Origin: Burkholderiales bacterium
GTDB lineage: Bacteria; Pseudomonadota; Gammaproteobacteria; Burkholderiales; Gallionellaceae
Assembly: GCA_038208855.1 (NCBI GenBank)
Contig: JBBQYH010000001.1
Location: 1 to 54,417, forward strand
DNA length: 54,417 nucleotides
Direction of reading: 5' to 3'
Shown: in pieces, positions 19,521-31,978 of the stretch
How positions within the stretch are numbered: position 1 is the first letter of the stretch
Layout: the number at the start of each line of letters is the position of its first letter
The notes under the pieces: model-generated
Databases searched by the model: none
What the model was told of the DNA's origin: nothing
The model's input: the letters and a program-made list of their open reading frames with translations, nothing else
Position numbers and translations under genes: made by a program

Positions 19521-21062
19521 TTAATAAACTGCGGTGGACTTGAAGGTTTCGATCGCTGCCGACAATTTTTTCTCGTTGTCGCCGCTCAAATCCTTGCTTG
19601 TATTAATCGCATCCATCAAGTCAGCATGCTTCGATTTGATATAAGCATGAACTGCGGATTCAAATGCCAGAGCTTTCTTGACTTCAACATCGTCAAAATA
19701 ACCTTTGTTTACGCAAAACAGCGTAACAGCCATTTCTGCAATAGACAGTGGCGCATATTGCAATTGTTTCATCAATTCCGTTACCAGGCGGCCACGCTCC
19801 AATTGCTTGCGAGTCGCCTCATCCAGATCCGAGGCAAATTGTGCAAAAGCAGCAAGTTCGCGATACTGTGCCAGAGCCAGACGAACACCGCCGCCGAGTT
19901 TCTTGATCACTTTGGTTTGTGCTGCACCACCTACGCGAGATACAGATACACCGGCGTTAATAGCTGGACGTATTCCTGCGTTAAACAGGTCTGTTTCGAG
20001 GAAGATCTGACCGTCAGTAATCGAAATTACGTTGGTAGGCACAAAAGCAGATACGTCACCGGCAGCAGTCTCAATGATAGGCAAGGCTGTCAGCGAACCG
20101 GTTTTGCCCTTCACGGCACCATTTGTAAAGGCTTCAACATAAGCCTCGTTTACACGGGCTGCGCGTTCCAGCAAACGTGAGTGCAGATAGAACACGTCGC
20201 CTGGATACGCTTCACGGCCGGGCGGACGACGCAGCAGCAGGGAAATTTGACGATACGCCCAAGCTTGCTTGGTCAAGTCGTCATAAACAATCAGTGCATC
20301 TTCTCCGCGATCACGGAAATATTCGCCCATCGTGCAACCAGCGTATGGTGCCAAAAATTGCATTGCAGCAGAATCGGAGGCTGTAGCTGCTACCACTATG
20401 GTATAGCCCATTGCACCGTGCTCTTCCAGCTTGCGTACCACGTTGGCCACGGTTGAAGCTTTTTGACCGATAGCAACGTATACGCAGGTCATGTTCTGAC
20501 CCTTCTGGTTGATGATCGCGTCTACCGCAACGGCTGTTTTGCCGGTTTGACGATCGCCAATGATAAGTTCACGTTGACCGCGGCCGATAGGCACCATGGA
20601 GTCAACTGACTTCAATCCTGTTTGCACAGGCTGGTCAACCGATTTACGCTGAATAACGCCTGGCGCGACTTTTTCAATTTTGTCGGTCATCTTGGCATTC
20701 ACTGGACCCTTGCCATCTATAGGCTGGCCCAGCGCATTCACCACGCGCCCGCGCAATTCCGGTCCTACTGGAACTTCAAGAATGCGGCCGGTACATTTAA
20801 CCGTATCGCCTTCGCTGATATGTTCATATTCGCCCAGAACCACGGCGCCAACAGAATCACGCTCGAGGTTCAACGCCAGGCCGAATGTATTGCCGGGGAA
20901 TTCCAGCATTTCACCCTGCATTACGTCAGACAGACCATGTATACGTACAATACCGTCAGTTACACTGACTACCGTACCTTCGGTGCGTGCTTCAGTCAGC
21001 GCCTCAAAATTTTCAATGCGGCTGCGTATTAAATTACTTATTTCAGAAGGGTTGAGCTTCAT
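19521..21062 (-). CDS. atpA: F1 ATP synthase alpha subunit
   Basis: GDRQTGKT Walker A, 513 aa, canonical N- and C-termini. Confidence 0.97.
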   Translation of the reverse strand: MKLNPSEISNLIRSRIENFEALTEARTEGTVVSVTDGIVRIHGLSDVMQGEMLEFPGNTFGLALNLERDSVGAVVLGEYEHISEGDTVKCTGRILEVPVGPELRGRVVNALGQPIDGKGPVNAKMTDKIEKVAPGVIQRKSVDQPVQTGLKSVDSMVPIGRGQRELIIGDRQTGKTAVAVDAIINQKGQNMTCVYVAIGQKASTVANVVRKLEEHGAMGYTIVVAATASDSAAMQFLAPYAGCTMGEYFRDRGEDALIVYDDLTKQAWAYRQISLLLRRPPGREAYPGDVFYLHSRLLERAARVNEAYVEAFTNGAVKGKTGSLTALPIIETAAGDVSAFVPTNVISITDGQIFLETDLFNAGIRPAINAGVSVSRVGGAAQTKVIKKLGGGVRLALAQYRELAAFAQFASDLDEATRKQLERGRLVTELMKQLQYAPLSIAEMAVTLFCVNKGYFDDVEVKKALAFESAVHAYIKSKHADLMDAINTSKDLSGDNEKKLSAAIETFKSTAVY

Positions 21063-21094
21063 CTGCTTTTCCTTAAATTTCTATAAATCTGTTA

Positions 21095-21631
21095 TCAAGC
21101 CAGCACATTGGCCAACTCGCTAAGATGGGTGCGAGCGGAACCGTCGATTACTTTATCGCCGGCACGTATTACTATTCCGCCTAACAATTTTTGGTCGGTT
21201 TCGCAATTTAGTCTTATTTCTCTACCCAGACGTTTTTTCATGGCTGCGGTAATTTTCTGCTTTTGCGCATCATTCAAGTCAAAGGCGGATGTCACAACAA
21301 CATCTATGCTTTTTTCCGCTTCAGCTCGCATAGCTTCAAAAATGGCCGCTATTTCAGGCAGCAATATCAGCCGTTGAGACTCAACCAACAACTTGATAAA
21401 GTTAGTTGTTGTCTTGCTCAATTTATCGCCGCCGCATAATGCCAGCATTAAATCCTGCAACTGTTTTTTTGCTACACGCGGACTGGAAATTAATGCATGT
21501 ACCTGTTCGTTTTCTACAGCCGCTACAGCCGACTGCAAAACTTCCGACCAGTTTTTTAATTCACTGTTTTTGCGTGCCTCATCAAATGCTGCCAAAGCAT
21601 ACGGTCGAGCTACTGTAATGGCTTCAGACAT
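21095..21631 (-). CDS. atpH: F1 ATP synthase delta subunit
   Basis: ITVARPYALAAF..., 178 aa, correct operon position. Confidence 0.93.
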   Translation of the reverse strand: MSEAITVARPYALAAFDEARKNSELKNWSEVLQSAVAAVENEQVHALISSPRVAKKQLQDLMLALCGGDKLSKTTTNFIKLLVESQRLILLPEIAAIFEAMRAEAEKSIDVVVTSAFDLNDAQKQKITAAMKKRLGREIRLNCETDQKLLGGIVIRAGDKVIDGSARTHLSELANVLA

Positions 21632-21636
21632 ATCGA

Positions 21637-22107
21637 TTATATTTCCGCAACAAGTTTTTCAAGCAGGTCATTATGTGCTTTGGCATCTATTTCGCGACCC
21701 AGAATCTTCCCTGCTCCGGCCAGAGCAACTGCAGATACCTGCAAACGCAATTGTTCTTTGGCGCGAAACACTTCCTGATCGATTTCTGCTTTGGCCGCAG
21801 TCACAATACGTTCGCTCTCGGCTTGCGCCTGGAGTTTGGCAGCTTCAATCATTTCACTGCCACGCTTGTCGCTTTGTACAATTATTTCAGCAGCCTTTTC
21901 CTTGGCTTCACGAATAAGATCAGCTGAACGATGTGCAGCCAACTCCAAATCGTGCTTGCCACGCTCAGCAGCAGCCAAGCCATCTGCTATATGCTTTTTT
22001 CGTTCTTCCAGTGCCGCCATGATGGGCGGCCATACAAACTTCATGCAGAACCAGACGAACATGGCGAACATGATCGTTTGGCCGAGAAGGGTCGCATTAA
22101 TGTTCAT
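21637..22107 (-). CDS. atpF: Fo ATP synthase subunit b
   Basis: N-terminal TM followed by a long charged helix, 156 aa. Confidence 0.93.
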   Translation of the reverse strand: MNINATLLGQTIMFAMFVWFCMKFVWPPIMAALEERKKHIADGLAAAERGKHDLELAAHRSADLIREAKEKAAEIIVQSDKRGSEMIEAAKLQAQAESERIVTAAKAEIDQEVFRAKEQLRLQVSAVALAGAGKILGREIDAKAHNDLLEKLVAEI

Positions 22108-22150
22108 GCAAGGACCTTTACTTGTTTATTGATAAAAATTTGCGTTTTAA

Positions 22151-22393
<243 letters not shown>

Positions 22394-22441
22394 TTAATTC
22401 TCCTAAAATATTAAGTTAAGTTGTTTTGATATTGAAATTTG

Positions 22442-23654
<1,213 letters not shown>

Positions 23655-23678
23655 GATTTTCGTCCTACAGAATTCGGT

Positions 23679-23707
23679 ATATTAGCAGCATATAAATTAG
23701 CTGTCAA
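23679..23707 (-). promoter_or_regulatory. Candidate sigma70 promoter of the atp operon
   Basis: The minus strand has TTGACA (23707-23702), a 17-nt spacer and TAATAT (23684-23679), 25 nt upstream of the atpI ATG. Confidence 0.5.
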
Positions 23708-23841
23708 AATATTGTGTTTGATTTTGCTTGGCAAACTACCATATTAGGCTAAGTTTTAATTATCATATTTTGAATCAAATCTTATTATTTATTGCACAGT
23801 GTCATTATTAAAAAAAACTGCTCAATTAATATTCTTTACTA

Positions 23842-24687
23842 TCAATGCAGCTTTGCAATCAATTCATCAAGATGCTCAAGGTTGCTATAGTCTATTATTA
23901 ACTTTCCCGAGCCCTTGTTACCAATTCTAATTTGCACAGTGGTACCTATACGCTGGGAAATGGTCTCCTGCAGATTAAGTATGTCTCTATCAGGCTTTTC
24001 TTTTATCTGCGGCGGTGGCGGATTAAGAATATTTTGCACTAATTTTTCTGCTTCACGTACAGATAGTCTGTCTGCCACGATTTTATTAGCCGCTGTAATT
24101 TGCTGCGCACCTTCCAGGGCCAACAATGCACGAGCATGGCCCATGTCAATTTGGGCTACCATTACCATATCCTGTATATTCTGTGGAAGTTTTAACAGCC
24201 GCAACAAGTTTGTAGTGGCGCTACGAGATCGCCCTACTGCATCCGCTGCGGTCTGGTGTGACATTAAAAACTCATCAATCAATCGTTGTATGCCTATTGC
24301 TTCTTCAAGAGGATTCAGGTTTTCACGCTGAATATTTTCTATCAAAGCCATTGCAAGTGCCGCATTATCTTCTACCTTTCGCACCAACACCGGGACAAGC
24401 GTCAAGCCCGCCAGCTTCGCTGCGCGCCAGCGACGTTCTCCGGCTATGATCTCAAAACTTCCATCAGCAATTTGACGGGTAAGTATTGGTTGTATGACTC
24501 CTTGAGATTTGATTGATGCCGCCAATTCATTCAAGGCTGCCTCATCCATGTGTGAACGAGGTTGATATTTGCCTGGCCTGAGTTGATCTACCCTCAAATC
24601 GCGTAAAGTTTCATCATTTTTTTCTTCGCTATTGCCGGACAGCAATGCATCCAGTCCTCGCCCTAACCCCCTGCTTGGCTTAGCCAT
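23842..24687 (-). CDS. parB: Chromosome partitioning protein ParB (Spo0J)
   Basis: RGLGRGLDALL, GERRWRAAKLAG, and an HTH region. 281 aa. Confidence 0.95.
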   Translation of the reverse strand: MAKPSRGLGRGLDALLSGNSEEKNDETLRDLRVDQLRPGKYQPRSHMDEAALNELAASIKSQGVIQPILTRQIADGSFEIIAGERRWRAAKLAGLTLVPVLVRKVEDNAALAMALIENIQRENLNPLEEAIGIQRLIDEFLMSHQTAADAVGRSRSATTNLLRLLKLPQNIQDMVMVAQIDMGHARALLALEGAQQITAANKIVADRLSVREAEKLVQNILNPPPPQIKEKPDRDILNLQETISQRIGTTVQIRIGNKGSGKLIIDYSNLEHLDELIAKLH

Positions 24688-24720
24688 AACTTTTCCCTGT
24701 ATTTAAGATTCAATGCTTGT

Positions 24721-25497
24721 TTAAACAGTTTCTGCAACCATGTTGTTGAGTAATTCACCCGCCAAAGCCAGATAAGCCTGAGTTCCCTTGGATTCTCTAT
24801 CATGATACAGGGCAGGCAGTCCAAAACTGGGTGCTTCTGCCAATCTCACATTGCGCGGAATTACTGTTCTATACACTTTGTCACCAAAATGTTGCAGCAG
24901 CTGGTCGGATACCTGTTGTGCAAGACTATTGCGCGGATCATACATGGTACGCAGCAAGCCCTCTATTTGCAGATCTGCATTCAGGCTAGTACGAACTCTG
25001 CGTATGGTATTTACTAGATCACTCAGACCCTCCAGCGCATAGTATTCACATTGCATGGGAATCATGACCGATTTTGCCGCACACAATCCATTTAATGTAA
25101 GTAGATTAAGTGCCGGTGGACAATCAATCAAAATAAAATCATATTCATGTAAAACTTCTGTTAAGGCCAGCTTCAATCTTGTTTCACGATTTTCGATATC
25201 TACCAGCTCTATTTCCGCGCCGGCCAATTCTCGATTAGCCGGCAAAATATCATATTTGCCCGCATCTGAAAAAATTCTTGCTGCTGTTATGCTTTTACTG
25301 CCCAAAAGTACATCATAAACAGTTACTTTCAACTGGGCTTTATCTATGGCACTGCCCATGGTCGCATTACCCTGCGGGTCCAGATCGACGAGCAAGACAC
25401 GTTTTTTGGCAGCCGCCAGACTTGCTGCCAGATTTACCGTTGTTGTGGTTTTGCCTACACCGCCTTTTTGATTGGTAATTGCTAATACTTTGGCCAT
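24721..25497 (-). CDS. parA: Chromosome partitioning ATPase ParA (Soj)
   Basis: AITNQKGGVGKTTT deviant Walker A, 258 aa, upstream of parB. Confidence 0.95.
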   Translation of the reverse strand: MAKVLAITNQKGGVGKTTTTVNLAASLAAAKKRVLLVDLDPQGNATMGSAIDKAQLKVTVYDVLLGSKSITAARIFSDAGKYDILPANRELAGAEIELVDIENRETRLKLALTEVLHEYDFILIDCPPALNLLTLNGLCAAKSVMIPMQCEYYALEGLSDLVNTIRRVRTSLNADLQIEGLLRTMYDPRNSLAQQVSDQLLQHFGDKVYRTVIPRNVRLAEAPSFGLPALYHDRESKGTQAYLALAGELLNNMVAETV

Positions 25498-26118
25498 TTA
25501 TTTCGCTTTCAATATTACAAGACAGCGTGCAGCATCCAAACCAGACACACTTAATGGTATGACTTGCTCCACCACAATATCACCAGTCAAACGTTGCAAC
25601 TCTTGCTCTGGCGCCCCTTTCATTGCAGCCCATCTGCCATTCTCTGCCAGCAAATGTTGTGTTAATTTTACAAATTCGGCTGTTTCAGCAAATGCGCGAG
25701 AAATTATGCCGTCAAACTTTACATTAGATTCAAAGTCTTCAACACGCGCACAATTAACATAAACGTTTTTTAGTCCGAGCTCGATAATTGCCTGCTTTAC
25801 GAAACTCGTTTTCTTGCTATTGCTGTCAATTAAGACAAATTCCCAATTTGGTCGTGCAATTGCCAATACCAAGCCCGGCAAGCCAGCCCCGCAACCCACG
25901 TCTAGCCACTTTCCAGCCCATAGATATGGAAGTACCGCCAAGCTATCCAGTAGATGATGGCTGACCATCTGTTCTGCGTCGCGTATTGCTGTCAGGTTAT
26001 AGACCTTGTTCCACTTCTGCAGCAATGCAAGGTATTTTAAAAACTGTTGCTGGGCAGGTGCAGGCAAATTCATACCCAGCTTGTTTATTCCTGCTTCCAG
26101 GGATAATGACTGATTCAT
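25498..26118 (-). CDS. rsmG: 16S rRNA (guanine527-N7)-methyltransferase
   Basis: GidB family with [19 protein letters not shown] motif. 206 aa. ATGA overlap with mnmG. Confidence 0.93.
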   Translation of the reverse strand: MNQSLSLEAGINKLGMNLPAPAQQQFLKYLALLQKWNKVYNLTAIRDAEQMVSHHLLDSLAVLPYLWAGKWLDVGCGAGLPGLVLAIARPNWEFVLIDSNSKKTSFVKQAIIELGLKNVYVNCARVEDFESNVKFDGIISRAFAETAEFVKLTQHLLAENGRWAAMKGAPEQELQRLTGDIVVEQVIPLSVSGLDAARCLVILKAK

Positions 26119-28037
26119 GCACTTAACTCTGATTTATTGTCTTTATCTGAATTGGGTGCGTGCTGTACGAAACCTCTCTTTAAATGCACCAGCAGCAATG
26201 AAATAGCTGCTGGGGTCATACCGGAAATTCTGGCAGCTTGTCCCATGGTTTCGGGTTGATGCTGATTTAATTTTTGCTGCGCTTCTATCGATAATCCGCG
26301 TACCAATTTGTAATCCATTTTGGAAGGCAATGAGGTATTTTCATAATTTTCCTGACGAAGAATTTCATCTCTTTGCCTATCTATATACCCCTGATATTTT
26401 GCTTGTATCTCTACTTGCTCGGCAATTACTGGATCCTGCACACCCTCTCCTGCTCCCGGCAATGTCAGCAAGGCTGCATAATTCACATCTGGACGTCGCA
26501 ATAATTCATACAAAGGATATTCGCGCTCAATTGCCTTGCCCAAAACTCTCTCGGCATCCGCCTTAGGCAACAGGGTTGGATTTACCCATATACTTTTCAG
26601 CCTCTCCTGCTCTTGTACTATTTTTTCTCGCTTATTGTCGAACGCTGCCCAACGGTTATCGTCTACAACGCCCAATTTTCGTCCAATTTCTGTCAAGCGC
26701 AAATCTGCATTGTCCTCGCGCAATTGCAAACGATATTCCGCTCTGCTGGTAAACATACGGTAAGGCTCAGTCACGCCGCGGGTAATGAGATCATCGACCA
26801 AAACGCCCAGATATGCTTCATCCCGGCGAGGACACCAGGTTTCTTCATCACGTGCATGCTTGGCCGCATTGATACCCGCCAGTATGCCCTGTGCTGCAGC
26901 CTCTTCGTAACCTGTGGTGCCATTAATTTGGCCTGCAAAAAACAGACCCGAAATGGCCTTGGTTTCCAGTGATTTTTTCAAGCCGCGCGGATCAAAATAG
27001 TCATATTCAATCGCATATCCAGGCCTGGTTATATGCGCATTCTCCATTCCTTTTATCGACTGCACCAATGCAAGCTGTATATCAAATGGCAGGCTGGTTG
27101 AGATGCCATTCGGATATACCTCATGCGTATGCAATCCTTCCGGCTCAATAAATATCTGGTGGGATAACTTATCGGCAAACCTGGTGATTTTATCTTCTAT
27201 GGAAGGACAATATCTTGGTCCCACTCCCTCTATAACACCGGTAAACAATGGAGACCTGTCCAGGCCGCCACGGATAATGTCATGGGTTTGTTGATTAGTA
27301 TGTGTAATCCAGCACGGCAGCTGCCGCGGATGCTGATCTACTTTGCCCATGAAAGAAAACACCGGTACAGGCGTATCGCCGGGTTGCTCCAGCATCGCAG
27401 AGTAATCAATACTGCGTCCATCTATGCGCGGTGGCGTACCCGTTTTCAATCTGGCAATAGGTAAATTCAATTCACGCAATCGATGTGACAGACTGACGGA
27501 GGGAGGATCGCCTGCACGTCCAGCCTGATAATTATTCAGTCCAATATGTATCAAGCCGCATAAAAAGGTGCCTGTGGTTAGCACTACGCTTTTAGATTTG
27601 AAGTGCAAACCCAATTGCGTCACTACACCACTTACGCGCTCACCTTCCATGGTCAAATCATCTACCGCTTGTTGAAATATCCACAAATTAGCCTGGTTTT
27701 CAAGACGACTGCGTATGGCCTGCTTATATAGGGAACGATCTGCCTGAGCGCGAGTAGCGCGAACTGCCGGGCCTTTTGATGCATTCAGAATGCGAAACTG
27801 GATGCCAGCCTCATCGGTCGCAGCCGCCATGGCGCCGCCCAGCGCATCAACTTCTTTGACCAGATGGCCCTTGCCTATGCCCCCTATGGAAGGATTGCAA
27901 GACATCAAACCCAGCGTTTCCACATTATGAGTCAACAGCAAAGTAGCACGCCCCATACGCGCGCTAGCTAACGCGGCTTCGGTTCCGGCGTGACCGCCGC
28001 CAACCACAATTACATCAAATTCTTTGGGGTAGCTCAT
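26115..28037 (-). CDS. mnmG: tRNA uridine 5-carboxymethylaminomethyl modification enzyme MnmG (GidA)
   Basis: [19 protein letters not shown] motif. Start at MSYPKEF (ATG 28037) rather than the ORF-track start at 28064. Confidence 0.96.
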   Translation of the reverse strand: MSYPKEFDVIVVGGGHAGTEAALASARMGRATLLLTHNVETLGLMSCNPSIGGIGKGHLVKEVDALGGAMAAATDEAGIQFRILNASKGPAVRATRAQADRSLYKQAIRSRLENQANLWIFQQAVDDLTMEGERVSGVVTQLGLHFKSKSVVLTTGTFLCGLIHIGLNNYQAGRAGDPPSVSLSHRLRELNLPIARLKTGTPPRIDGRSIDYSAMLEQPGDTPVPVFSFMGKVDQHPRQLPCWITHTNQQTHDIIRGGLDRSPLFTGVIEGVGPRYCPSIEDKITRFADKLSHQIFIEPEGLHTHEVYPNGISTSLPFDIQLALVQSIKGMENAHITRPGYAIEYDYFDPRGLKKSLETKAISGLFFAGQINGTTGYEEAAAQGILAGINAAKHARDEETWCPRRDEAYLGVLVDDLITRGVTEPYRMFTSRAEYRLQLREDNADLRLTEIGRKLGVVDDNRWAAFDNKREKIVQEQERLKSIWVNPTLLPKADAERVLGKAIEREYPLYELLRRPDVNYAALLTLPGAGEGVQDPVIAEQVEIQAKYQGYIDRQRDEILRQENYENTSLPSKMDYKLVRGLSIEAQQKLNQHQPETMGQAARISGMTPAAISLLLVHLKRGFVQHAPNSDKDNKSELSA

Positions 28038-28107
28038 TTTCAACATCCTCATGCAGGCAGGCATAATACATTAAAAAAATTGAATTGCAGAACCCTTAAG
28101 GGTAAAT

Positions 28108-28123
28108 TGTTCCACGTGAAACA
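28108..28123. other. parS centromere-like site (perfect consensus)
   Basis: TGTTCCACGTGAAACA exactly matches the canonical 16-bp parS sequence tGTTNCACGTGAAACa. It is intergenic between mnmE and mnmG, 2.6 kb from parA. Confidence 0.75.
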
Positions 28124-28131
28124 ATCTCGAG

Positions 28132-29472
28132 CTATTTGCCGATACAGAAGCGACTGAAAATTTCACCTAAAAGATCATCAGCCGAAAATTTACCTGTTAT
28201 TGAGTTAAGAGATTCTTGAGCCAAACGCAATTCTTCAGCAAAAAATTCTGCGGTAGAAAATAACTTACTGGCACATGCAAGGTGATTTTGTGCCAGAAGC
28301 AGCGCACGAATATGTCGTTCGCGTGCCATGAAAACACCGGCTTCTTGATGCCAGCCTATCAAAGAGAGCAATTTTTCACGCAGCAAATCCATCCCAATAC
28401 CTGTTTTTACTGAAAGATAAATTATATCCTCCCCATTAAGCTGAATCTCAAGTGGAAATTCATCGAGTAAATCAATCTTATTGAAGATATAAAGTTTTGG
28501 GGTTTTAACGGGTAATTCAAGAAGAATTTTTTCGTCTTCAGGTGAAATGCCATGTTTAGCATCTATCATTAACAAAATCGCATCAGCCTTTTGAATTGAA
28601 TTGTGCGTGCGTGCTATGCCCATTAATTCAATCTTATCTTGCGACTCGCGCAATCCTGCAGTATCCAGAATGTGCAAGGGAACGCCTTTTAACTGTATGG
28701 TTTGCCTTATTACATCTCTGGTTGTACCCGGTACATCGCTCACCAAAGCTACATCTTCACCACTTAAACTGTTTAACAAGCTGGATTTACCGACATTCGG
28801 TTGGCCAATCAAAACAATTTGCGCGCCTTCGCGCAATAAGCTGCCTTGCTGCGCAACTGCCAATGTCTTTTGTAAAAGTTCAACAATTGCACTTAATTTA
28901 ACTTCACGATTTGAGATATCAGGCGTATCCAGTTCTTCTTCCGGAAAGTCCAGCATAGCCTCGACCAGCATACGCAAATCTATCAATTGAGAAAGTAACT
29001 GATGCACTTGCCGGGAAAAGTCACCCATCAGTGATCTCATGGCGCTCTTCGCAGCTTGACTAGTTGTAGCATCAATCAAGTCAGCAACACTCTCTGCCTG
29101 GGCAAGATCTAAATTGCCATTTAAAAATGCACGTTGTGTAAACTCACCGGGCATAGCCAACCTTGCACCCAATTGCAAGCAGCGCTGCAAAACCAGTTGC
29201 AAAATTGCGGGGCCACCGTGACCTTGCAATTCAATTACATTTTCACCCGTATAGGAGTGTGGGCCAGGAAAGTAAAGGGCAAGTCCCTGATCAATTACAG
29301 ATTCGTCAGCATCAAGAAAAGAGCCAAATGTAATATGACGCGCAGCAGGAATTTTACCCAGTATGCCTGATGCGATCTGATCGAGTTTGCTGCCAGATAT
29401 ACGGATAATGCCAATACCGCCACGACCAGGTGCCGTGGCAATAGCGGCAATAATGTCAGACTTTGGCAACAC
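28132..29472 (-). CDS. mnmE: tRNA modification GTPase MnmE (TrmE)
   Basis: IAAIATAPGRGGIGIIRISG, G-domain GQPNVGKSSLLN, and C-terminal FCIGK. 446 aa. It overlaps the yidC 3' end by 17 nt. Confidence 0.96.
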   Translation of the reverse strand: MLPKSDIIAAIATAPGRGGIGIIRISGSKLDQIASGILGKIPAARHITFGSFLDADESVIDQGLALYFPGPHSYTGENVIELQGHGGPAILQLVLQRCLQLGARLAMPGEFTQRAFLNGNLDLAQAESVADLIDATTSQAAKSAMRSLMGDFSRQVHQLLSQLIDLRMLVEAMLDFPEEELDTPDISNREVKLSAIVELLQKTLAVAQQGSLLREGAQIVLIGQPNVGKSSLLNSLSGEDVALVSDVPGTTRDVIRQTIQLKGVPLHILDTAGLRESQDKIELMGIARTHNSIQKADAILLMIDAKHGISPEDEKILLELPVKTPKLYIFNKIDLLDEFPLEIQLNGEDIIYLSVKTGIGMDLLREKLLSLIGWHQEAGVFMARERHIRALLLAQNHLACASKLFSTAEFFAEELRLAQESLNSITGKFSADDLLGEIFSRFCIGK

Positions 29473-31093
29473 CTTTGGCTTCTGCCTCCGTACTGCGTGT
29501 TATATACCATTGCTGCAGTATGGATAGCACGTTGTTAACGACAGAATAAAGTACCAAGCCTGCAGGGAAGAAGAAAAATACAACACTAAAAGCAATCGGC
29601 ATGATTTGCATTAACTTAGCCTGCATAGGATCAGGTGGCGTTGGATTTAACCGCGTCTGTAGAAGCATACTGACGCCCATAATTACGGGCAAAACGTAAA
29701 ACGGATCCGGTTTGGATAGGTCAGTAATCCAGCCAATAAAAGGTGCGTAACGCATTTCCACACTGGACAATATGGACCAATACAAGGAAATAAACACGGG
29801 TATCTGAATAATTACTGGTAAGCAGCCACCAAGTGGATTAATTTTCTCAGTTTTATACAACTCCATCATGGACTTGTTCAAACGTTCACGATCATCACCG
29901 AACTGCTCCTTGATTTTAGCCAGTTTAGGCGCAACCATGCGCATTTTTGCCATGGAGCGATAACTTGCCGCCGACAATGGGAAAAATGCAAGTTTAATCA
30001 GTATGGTCAGAATGATAATTGCCAGTCCCCAGTTTTGTACCCAACCGTGAATAAAAGTCAGCAACCAGAATATTGGTTTAGCAATGATGGTAAGAAAACC
30101 ATAATCGACGCTCAAACCCAAACCTTCGGCAATATTGTCCAGTCTGCTATGCGCAGGTCCGGCATATAGCGGTACGGATATTTCACCTGTTTTACCTGGT
30201 TCTATAGTTGCAACAGGCAAAATCAAACCAATAGAAAATAAATGGCTATCCAATTGTTTAGCATAAAATTCACGTTGAACATTACCTTCAGGTACCCAGG
30301 CAGATACAAAGTAATGTTGCAACATACCTACCCAACCATTATTGGCTGTTGCTGGCATATCGGCCTTGTGTTTTTCTATACTGGGGAAATCAATTTTCTT
30401 GAATTTGTCCTTTTCAGTATAAACAGCCGCTCCAGTGTAAGTTGGTACAAACTTTGTACCCCCAGCCGGAGTACTGTCATCTCTTACCAACTGGAAATAT
30501 GCAGACGTGGTGAGTGGTGTTTTCCCTGCGTTCTCAATAACATACTTAATATCTATCAAATAGCTACTTTTATGAAAAGTAAACAATTTACTTATTTTGA
30601 TACCGGAAGCAGTTTTGAATGACAGACTCACTACAACGCTATCCTTGCCATCCTGCAAATCATAATGACTCTCCTGGGCAACAAACGGGGTGTTATGAGT
30701 AGGCAGATCCGTACCTAACAAACCTGTTTGAGCAAGATATTTATGCGTTGCATCATTTTCCAATAAAACAAAATGTTTAGATTTGTCGTCCGTATCAAAA
30801 TGTTTCATAAATTCAATACGCGTTATATCACCGCCCAGGGTATTAATTTCTGCGTGCAAGAAATCTGTTTTGACATCAATAACTTGGCCAGTACGCGCGG
30901 ACTTGGCTAGCGACATATCAATTGCAGTGGGATTTTCAACCGCTTTAATTTGTGTTGAACTGGCAACCGGCGTAGAGGAAGCTGATATCGCTGCAATATC
31001 AGATATCGGATGCTGTTGCTTCTCCCAACCCTCCCATAATGTATATATGGAAAATGAAAAAATCAGAAAAAGGAAAACACGTTGAAAATCCAT
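29456..31093 (-). CDS. yidC: Membrane protein insertase YidC
   Basis: 545 aa. Large periplasmic domain plus the conserved C-terminal 5-TM core (GCLPVIIQIPVFISLY). Confidence 0.96.
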   Translation of the reverse strand: MDFQRVFLFLIFSFSIYTLWEGWEKQQHPISDIAAISASSTPVASSTQIKAVENPTAIDMSLAKSARTGQVIDVKTDFLHAEINTLGGDITRIEFMKHFDTDDKSKHFVLLENDATHKYLAQTGLLGTDLPTHNTPFVAQESHYDLQDGKDSVVVSLSFKTASGIKISKLFTFHKSSYLIDIKYVIENAGKTPLTTSAYFQLVRDDSTPAGGTKFVPTYTGAAVYTEKDKFKKIDFPSIEKHKADMPATANNGWVGMLQHYFVSAWVPEGNVQREFYAKQLDSHLFSIGLILPVATIEPGKTGEISVPLYAGPAHSRLDNIAEGLGLSVDYGFLTIIAKPIFWLLTFIHGWVQNWGLAIIILTILIKLAFFPLSAASYRSMAKMRMVAPKLAKIKEQFGDDRERLNKSMMELYKTEKINPLGGCLPVIIQIPVFISLYWSILSSVEMRYAPFIGWITDLSKPDPFYVLPVIMGVSMLLQTRLNPTPPDPMQAKLMQIMPIAFSVVFFFFPAGLVLYSVVNNVLSILQQWYITRSTEAEAKGVAKV

Positions 31094-31118
31094 TGTGGTA
31101 ATAACCTATTTAATAGTC

Positions 31119-31331
31119 TTAAGGAGCAGGATCGTAACCGCCAGGGTTCCAAGGGTTGCAACGCAACACACGTTTAAAACTAAGCCATGTGCCGCGAATA
31201 GGGCCATGCTTGATTATGACTTCAATCGCATATTCCGAACAGCTGGGCGTAAAGCGGCAGCTAGGAGCCAGCATAGGGCTTATAAAATATTGATATAGCT
31301 TAATCAAGCGTAACAAAATGGATTGGATCAT
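31119..31331 (-). CDS. yidD: Membrane protein insertion efficiency factor YidD
   Basis: [23 protein letters not shown] motif, 70 aa. Confidence 0.93.
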   Translation of the reverse strand: MIQSILLRLIKLYQYFISPMLAPSCRFTPSCSEYAIEVIIKHGPIRGTWLSFKRVLRCNPWNPGGYDPAP

Positions 31332-31687
31332 AAGATTTTGGCGCTGAGCATTAAATCAAGCAAAGCAACTCTTGCTTCAGCACAGGAGTTTTTTGGAAGT
31401 TTGCGACGAATACGAACGATAAAATCCAAGGGGGGCAAATGCGCCGACTGATGTCTAAAAATTTCGCGTATAAGCCGTTTGGCTATGTTTCTACTGACAG
31501 ATTTGGCAATAATTCTTTTGCTAACTACCATACCCAGTCTGGCAACTTCATGTTTGCTATCAGTAATATGAATAACAAACCATTTATTAACCAAACCTTT
31601 ATGACGAAATGCCTGTTCAAATTCCTTACTCTGTCTGACTCGATAGCTAATTGGAAAAGCACAACTCACAAATTTTGCTGATTCCAA
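31328..31687 (-). CDS. rnpA: RNase P protein component
   Basis: 119 aa, basic, RNR-like KRLIREIFR. Positioned between rpmH and yidD. Confidence 0.92.
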   Translation of the reverse strand: MESAKFVSCAFPISYRVRQSKEFEQAFRHKGLVNKWFVIHITDSKHEVARLGMVVSKRIIAKSVSRNIAKRLIREIFRHQSAHLPPLDFIVRIRRKLPKNSCAEARVALLDLMLSAKIL

Positions 31688-31698
31688 GTTTATAACAA

Positions 31699-31833
31699 TT
31701 ATACTGCCAGACGTACTCTGCCTTTAGCCCTGCGCGCTGCAATAACTGCGCGGCCGCCTTTGGTTTTCATGCGCACTAAAAATCCGTGTGTACGCTTCCT
31801 TTTAATGACTGATGGTTGATATGTACGTTTCAT
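31699..31833 (-). CDS. rpmH: 50S ribosomal protein L34
   Basis: Absent from the ORF track because it is under 60 aa. The reverse strand translates to [44 protein letters not shown]. Confidence 0.95.
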   Translation of the reverse strand: MKRTYQPSVIKRKRTHGFLVRMKTKGGRAVIAARRAKGRVRLAV

Positions 31834-31915
31834 GTTGAAGATCCTGTTGTGTAAGTTTTCGAAAGCCTGCAATTACAATATTTTACGCTAGCTTTGTCAA
31901 GTACAATTTATTAGC

Positions 31916-31924
31916 TGTGGATAA
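31916..31924. promoter_or_regulatory. Perfect DnaA box (TGTGGATAA = complement of TTATCCACA) in the rpmH-dnaA intergenic region
   Basis: Exact 9-mer located 55 nt upstream of the dnaA ATG. It overlaps a possible -35 (TGGATA), with TAAAAT 18 nt downstream. Confidence 0.7.
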
Positions 31925-31978
31925 CTTTTAAACTAAGCTGTAAAATGAAAAATTCGAAAATGTCACTTAAAACTGTAT

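Noticed and set aside
25180-25195. TGTTTCACG half-site inside parA.
   Set aside because: Only the left half matches parS. The right half (ATTTTCG) does not.
29456-29472. 17-nt overlap between the yidC 3' end and the mnmE 5' end.
   Set aside because: The mnmE N-terminus aligns with the canonical family start. Such an overlap is ordinary translational coupling in a conserved operon.
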